Shown: positions 28,596 to 32,000 of the stretch, piece by piece
How the letters are laid out: each line of letters starts with the position of its first letter
How positions within the stretch are numbered: the stretch's first letter is position 1
NCBI RefSeq assembly: GCF_013365495.1
Contig: NZ_CP046580.1
Location: 831,428-863,427, forward strand
From: Candidatus Saccharimonadota bacterium
GTDB lineage: Bacteria; Pseudomonadota; Alphaproteobacteria; Rickettsiales; Anaplasmataceae
Direction of reading: 5' to 3'
Length of the DNA stretch: 32,000 nucleotides
The notes under the pieces: model-generated
Database searches by the model: none
The model's input: only the letters and a program-made list of their open reading frames with translations
Told to the model about the DNA's origin: nothing
Program-made: the position numbers and the translations under genes

Positions 28596-28979
28596 CTAAT
28601 ACTTATTACCCTTACCACTTTTATAAATAGCACGCTCCTTTATTCTTGCAGCCTTTCCAAATAGTTTACACAAATAATATAACTTTGCTCTACGGACCTT
28701 TCCCCTCCTAATAACTTGTACTGAAACTAACATAGGAGAATAAATAAAAAATTGTGATACTATACTTTCTCCATAACTTACTTTTCTAACTACAAATGAA
28801 GAATGCAATCCACAACTTTTCTTAGATATACATACCCCTTCAAAAGTTTGAATACGTTCACCAGAACTGTCAATTATCTTAAAAACAACCTTTAAATCAT
28901 CACCTGAACGAAATTTTGGTATCTCCTTAGTTAACGTTTTGATTTGTTTTTTGTTAAACTCTTCAAGTAAATTTATCAT
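28596..28979 (-). CDS. rplS: 50S ribosomal protein L19
   Basis: 127 aa. Contains '[26 protein letters not shown]' and 'RRAKLYYL'. The ATGA start overlaps the trmD stop. Confidence 0.92.
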   Translation of the reverse strand: MINLLEEFNKKQIKTLTKEIPKFRSGDDLKVVFKIIDSSGERIQTFEGVCISKKSCGLHSSFVVRKVSYGESIVSQFFIYSPMLVSVQVIRRGKVRRAKLYYLCKLFGKAARIKERAIYKSGKGNKY

Positions 28980-29665
28980 TTATTTCCATCCAATAATTCA
29001 GGTCTACGTCTCTCTGTTATAACCTGAGACTGTCTCTGTCTCCAATCACATATTTTTTTATGATTACCAGATAATAAAACTTCAGGTACTTTATGTTTTT
29101 TCCATTGTCTAGGCCTAGTATATTGAGGATACTCAAGCATACCACTATAACTAAAACTTTCCTCAGCAAGACTATCAGAGTTACTCACAACACCAGGAAG
29201 AAGCCTAATACATGTATCAAGAATAACCATTGCAGCTGGTTCCCCACCTGAAAGAATATAATCTCCAATACTCAATTCATAAGGAGTATACTCATCAATT
29301 ACTCTCTGGTCAATACCTTCGAACCTACCACATAATATTGTTATATGAGGAAAATTTATTAATTCTCTTGCAATGCTCTGATTAAATTTTTTACCAGATG
29401 GAGTCATATAAATAAACTTAGTATTTTTATGAGCAGAAAGAACACTATCAACTGCACTACCAATAACATCAGGACGCATAACCATCCCTGCTCCACCTCC
29501 ATATGGAATATCATCTACTGTTAAATGCTTATCTTTAGCAAAAAAACGCATATTTACTACTTCAAGATTCCATACCTTTTTCTCTAACGCTTTCCTAGCA
29601 AGAGAATAATTCAAAAAACCAGGAAACATCTCTGGAAATATAGTTAATATTATAACATCAAACAT
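28976..29665 (-). CDS. trmD: tRNA (guanine37-N1)-methyltransferase
   Basis: 229 aa. Motifs '[12 protein letters not shown]', '[13 protein letters not shown]', '[12 protein letters not shown]' and 'LLSGNH..I..WR'. Confidence 0.93.
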   Translation of the reverse strand: MFDVIILTIFPEMFPGFLNYSLARKALEKKVWNLEVVNMRFFAKDKHLTVDDIPYGGGAGMVMRPDVIGSAVDSVLSAHKNTKFIYMTPSGKKFNQSIARELINFPHITILCGRFEGIDQRVIDEYTPYELSIGDYILSGGEPAAMVILDTCIRLLPGVVSNSDSLAEESFSYSGMLEYPQYTRPRQWKKHKVPEVLLSGNHKKICDWRQRQSQVITERRRPELLDGNK

Positions 29666-29735
29666 CTTTACAAATTTATAGCAAACTCTAAATAAAAAGT
29701 GACATAATATTCATAATAAATATAGCAAATTATCT

Positions 29736-30458
29736 ATGATACTAAACAAAATAATATACGAAGGTAAAACTAAATCCATTATCAAAACCAAAGACCCATT
29801 CACTGTTATACAATATTTTAAAGATAACATCACAGCGCTTAATAAAAAAAAACATGAAGTCATTGAAGGTAAAGGAATAGTTAATAATCTCATTAGTGCT
29901 TTTATAATGAAAAAACTTAAAAAAATAAAAATTAGTACACATTTCATAAAAATCCTAAATAAAAGAGAACAATTAGTTAAAAAATTAAAAATTATTCCTC
30001 TTGAAATAGTAGTAAGGAACATTACAGCAGGTAGCTTCTGCAAGCGCTTCAACATAAAAGAAGGAGAAATGCTCACACCATCTATAATAGAGTTTTTTTA
30101 CAAAGATGATAATTTAACTGATCCAATGGTAAATGAAAACCATATAACATATTATGGGTGGTTATCTCGCAAAGAAATAGAAGAAATTAAGATCACATCT
30201 TTAAAGATTAATGCATTTCTAACAAATCTATTTTCAAGTGCAAAAATAAATTTAGTTGACATCAAATTAGAATTTGGAAGATTAATAAATAACAACAACA
30301 AAATTATCTTAGCTGATGAAATAAGCCCCGATAATTGTAGACTATGGGACAAAAACACACAAGAAAAATTAGATAAAGACATCTTCCGCTTAAGCTTAGG
30401 AAACATAAAAGAAGCATATCTAAAAGTTGCAAAAAGATTATCAATAAAATTAGATTAG
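29736..30458 (+). CDS. purC: phosphoribosylaminoimidazole-succinocarboxamide (SAICAR) synthase
   Basis: 240 aa. Motifs 'YEGKTK', 'PLEIVVRN...GS', 'LADEISPDNCRLWD' and 'DKDIFR'. Confidence 0.92.
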   Translation: MILNKIIYEGKTKSIIKTKDPFTVIQYFKDNITALNKKKHEVIEGKGIVNNLISAFIMKKLKKIKISTHFIKILNKREQLVKKLKIIPLEIVVRNITAGSFCKRFNIKEGEMLTPSIIEFFYKDDNLTDPMVNENHITYYGWLSRKEIEEIKITSLKINAFLTNLFSSAKINLVDIKLEFGRLINNNNKIILADEISPDNCRLWDKNTQEKLDKDIFRLSLGNIKEAYLKVAKRLSIKLD

Positions 30459-31492
30459 CTAAACACCACTTTATTGAATGAAGAATTACATGCCTCATTA
30501 AGTCTTCCAATAATCCCAATCTTTTCTTCACGCTCTAGAAAATAATTTTTTATATTTTGTATATTCTCAGAATCCACGATTAGTATCATGCCAACACCAC
30601 AATTAAATGTCCTTAACATTTCTTCCTTTCTTACCTTACCTTCTTCTGCTAACCACAAAAATACATCTGGCCATTTCCAAGAGTTAGTGTCTATATCTGC
30701 AAATAAATTTTCTGAAATAATTCGTGGAATATTATCTACCAGACCACCACCTGTAATATGTGCAATACCCTTTACTTGAGACATAACAGGCAATAAAGAA
30801 TCAACGTATATTTTTGTAGGCTCAAGTAATACTTCTCCCCAAAGCTGGCTATTCCACGGAGATAAATCATTATAGCTTATACCTAAATTTTTAAAAATAC
30901 AACGTATCAAAGAAAATCCATTTGAATGAATTCCACTTGATTCTAAACCAACTATATAATCACCAGCTTTCATTTTACTACAATTTGGAAGAATCTGGCT
31001 TTTACCAATCATCCCAACTGCAAATCCTGCAAGGTCATAGTAATTACCGCTATACATTCCAGGCATTTCAGCAGTTTCCCCACCAACTAATGATATCTTA
31101 GCTTGTTTACATCCTTCTATAATACCATAAATTATCGAAAGAAAAACATCCTTACTCAAAATACCAGTCGCAAAATAATCTAAAAAAAATAAAGGAATTG
31201 CTCCCTGTGCAAGTAAGTCATTTACACACATAGCAACTAAATCTATACCTATGGTATTATGTTTACTTATTTCTTGAGCTACTAACAGCTTTGTACCTAC
31301 TCCGTCAGCAGAAGAAACTAACACAGGATGATCACATTTTCTAACCAATTCAGCAAAATCAAACAGAGCAGAAAATGAACCTACCTCACTAAGCACTTCT
31401 TTTTCCTTAGTTTCCTCAATAATATGCTTAATTTTCCTTATCAACTTATTATACAACTTAAGATTTATTCCTGATTCAAAATAAGTACTCAT
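30455..31492 (-). CDS. purM: phosphoribosylformylglycinamidine cyclo-ligase (AIR synthetase)
   Basis: 345 aa. Motifs 'SADGVGTKL', 'DLVAMCVNDL', 'GGETAEMPG' and 'AHITGGG'. Confidence 0.93.
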   Translation of the reverse strand: MSTYFESGINLKLYNKLIRKIKHIIEETKEKEVLSEVGSFSALFDFAELVRKCDHPVLVSSADGVGTKLLVAQEISKHNTIGIDLVAMCVNDLLAQGAIPLFFLDYFATGILSKDVFLSIIYGIIEGCKQAKISLVGGETAEMPGMYSGNYYDLAGFAVGMIGKSQILPNCSKMKAGDYIVGLESSGIHSNGFSLIRCIFKNLGISYNDLSPWNSQLWGEVLLEPTKIYVDSLLPVMSQVKGIAHITGGGLVDNIPRIISENLFADIDTNSWKWPDVFLWLAEEGKVRKEEMLRTFNCGVGMILIVDSENIQNIKNYFLEREEKIGIIGRLNEACNSSFNKVVFS

Positions 31493-31626
31493 AACTCTTC
31501 TGTAAATTCCATAGTTATTAAAACTATATTAATAAACCACCACAAAAAACACAACAAAAATTCCTCTTAATTGACTATTGTGTATTTATCAATATAGGTA
31601 ACTTAAATCATTTACAACTATACCTA

Positions 31627-32000
31627 ATGAATAAAAACATCAAAGATGTATTGCTAATAACAGAGTTACTATCAGGAAGACTGCTGCATGACTTTGCTAA
31701 TTCTATGAATGGAATAATACTTTGCTTAGAAGAGTTCGAAGAACAAGACAAAAATAGTAATACTATGTGTAAAAAAATATTATCATTACTGAGAGAAAGC
31801 TCTGATGATTTAATAAATAAACACAAAATCATGAAACAAGCATATTCTTCTTCAGCAGATAACTATAATTTTGATCAAACTAAATCTAACATTAAAAATT
31901 ACCTATTAAAAAAAAAGTAAAATTCACTTGGGAGATAGATGAACACTCTATAAAAGATAGAGAAGATTTAACTGAAAAAATAAATAAAATAATTTCCAAT
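31627..32000 (+). pseudogene. chpT: ChpT-like histidine phosphotransferase (CckA-ChpT-CtrA relay), frame-broken at an A9 run (31908-31916) and 3'-truncated by the window edge
   Basis: 'LLSGRLLHDFANSMNGIILCLEEFEE' parallels Caulobacter ChpT 'LLAARLCHDFISPASAIVSGLDLLED', with the phospho-His in 'HDF'. After the in-frame TAA at 31918, the homologous continuation 'VKFTWEIDEHSI...KINKIISN' (compare ChpT 'VRPTLDWQIEPQ..VLNIAQ') is open in the -1 frame to the window end. Confidence 0.65.

Noticed and set aside
1778-31832. ORF-track entries lying antisense to, or out of frame within, confidently identified genes: 1778-2005, 4900-5232, 12195-12383, 12411-12839, 15467-15793, 15797-15979, 16217-16429, 19756-19965, 21071-21289, 21264-21536, 22485-22739, 25655-25861, 27239-27547, 29711-30076, 29742-29942, 30152-30406, 30304-30531, 30588-30779 and 31608-31832.
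   Set aside because: Each is fully or almost fully contained in a gene with strong family motifs on the other strand or frame. Their translations are low-complexity, I/L/F/S-rich, and carry no recognisable motifs. They are shadow ORFs.
1-32000. Search by eye for CRISPR arrays, rRNA, RNase P, SRP or 6S RNA signatures, riboswitch-like GC islands, IS elements and long dispersed repeats.
   Set aside because: I saw no regularly spaced direct repeats, no conserved rRNA, RNase P or SRP motifs, and no terminal inverted repeats bracketing an ORF. The only structured-RNA-like GC islands are tRNA-Val and ssrA. A by-eye scan could miss divergent small RNAs, so Infernal would be decisive.

Overview
This window looks like an AT-rich alphaproteobacterial chromosome segment. 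The best fit is an Anaplasmataceae, Ehrlichia-type genome. That call rests on a circularly permuted two-piece tmRNA, a ChpT-type phosphotransferase, an Msp4/OMP-1-like porin and very low coding density. It is an inference from reading the sequence; no database search was possible. The content is housekeeping: 26 protein genes, two of them frame-broken (prs, gatC, mtaB, an OMP, a CDF transporter, pyrB, nadK, rpmE, fabD, gpmI, rsmH, rlpA, murC, eno, obg, sspB, lipB, purQ, pstA, rplS, trmD, purC, purM, chpT), plus tRNA-Val(GAC) and ssrA. I found no transposase, integrase, phage gene, CRISPR array, rRNA, toxin-antitoxin pair or recognisable defence system, and no convincing novel multi-gene system. 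The unusual signal is architectural. (1) About 11.5 kb (~36%, hand-summed) is ORF-free, and about 92% of that sits in eight oversized spacers (0.39-2.3 kb). These are interleaved with genes that abut or overlap. (2) The spacers are strongly G-depleted on the + strand; one 239-nt stretch has 1 G and 40 C. (3) Two conserved genes (murC, chpT) are each broken at an A9 homopolymer, and one extra A would restore the frame in both. (4) rsmH, the first gene of the dcw cluster, is followed by a 2.3-kb blank and then rlpA and murC, which suggests an eroded cell-wall cluster. (5) ssrA lies ~30 nt upstream of the gene for SspB, the adaptor that recognises its tag. The tmRNA ends and all promoter and terminator calls are by-eye estimates and should be treated as approximate.
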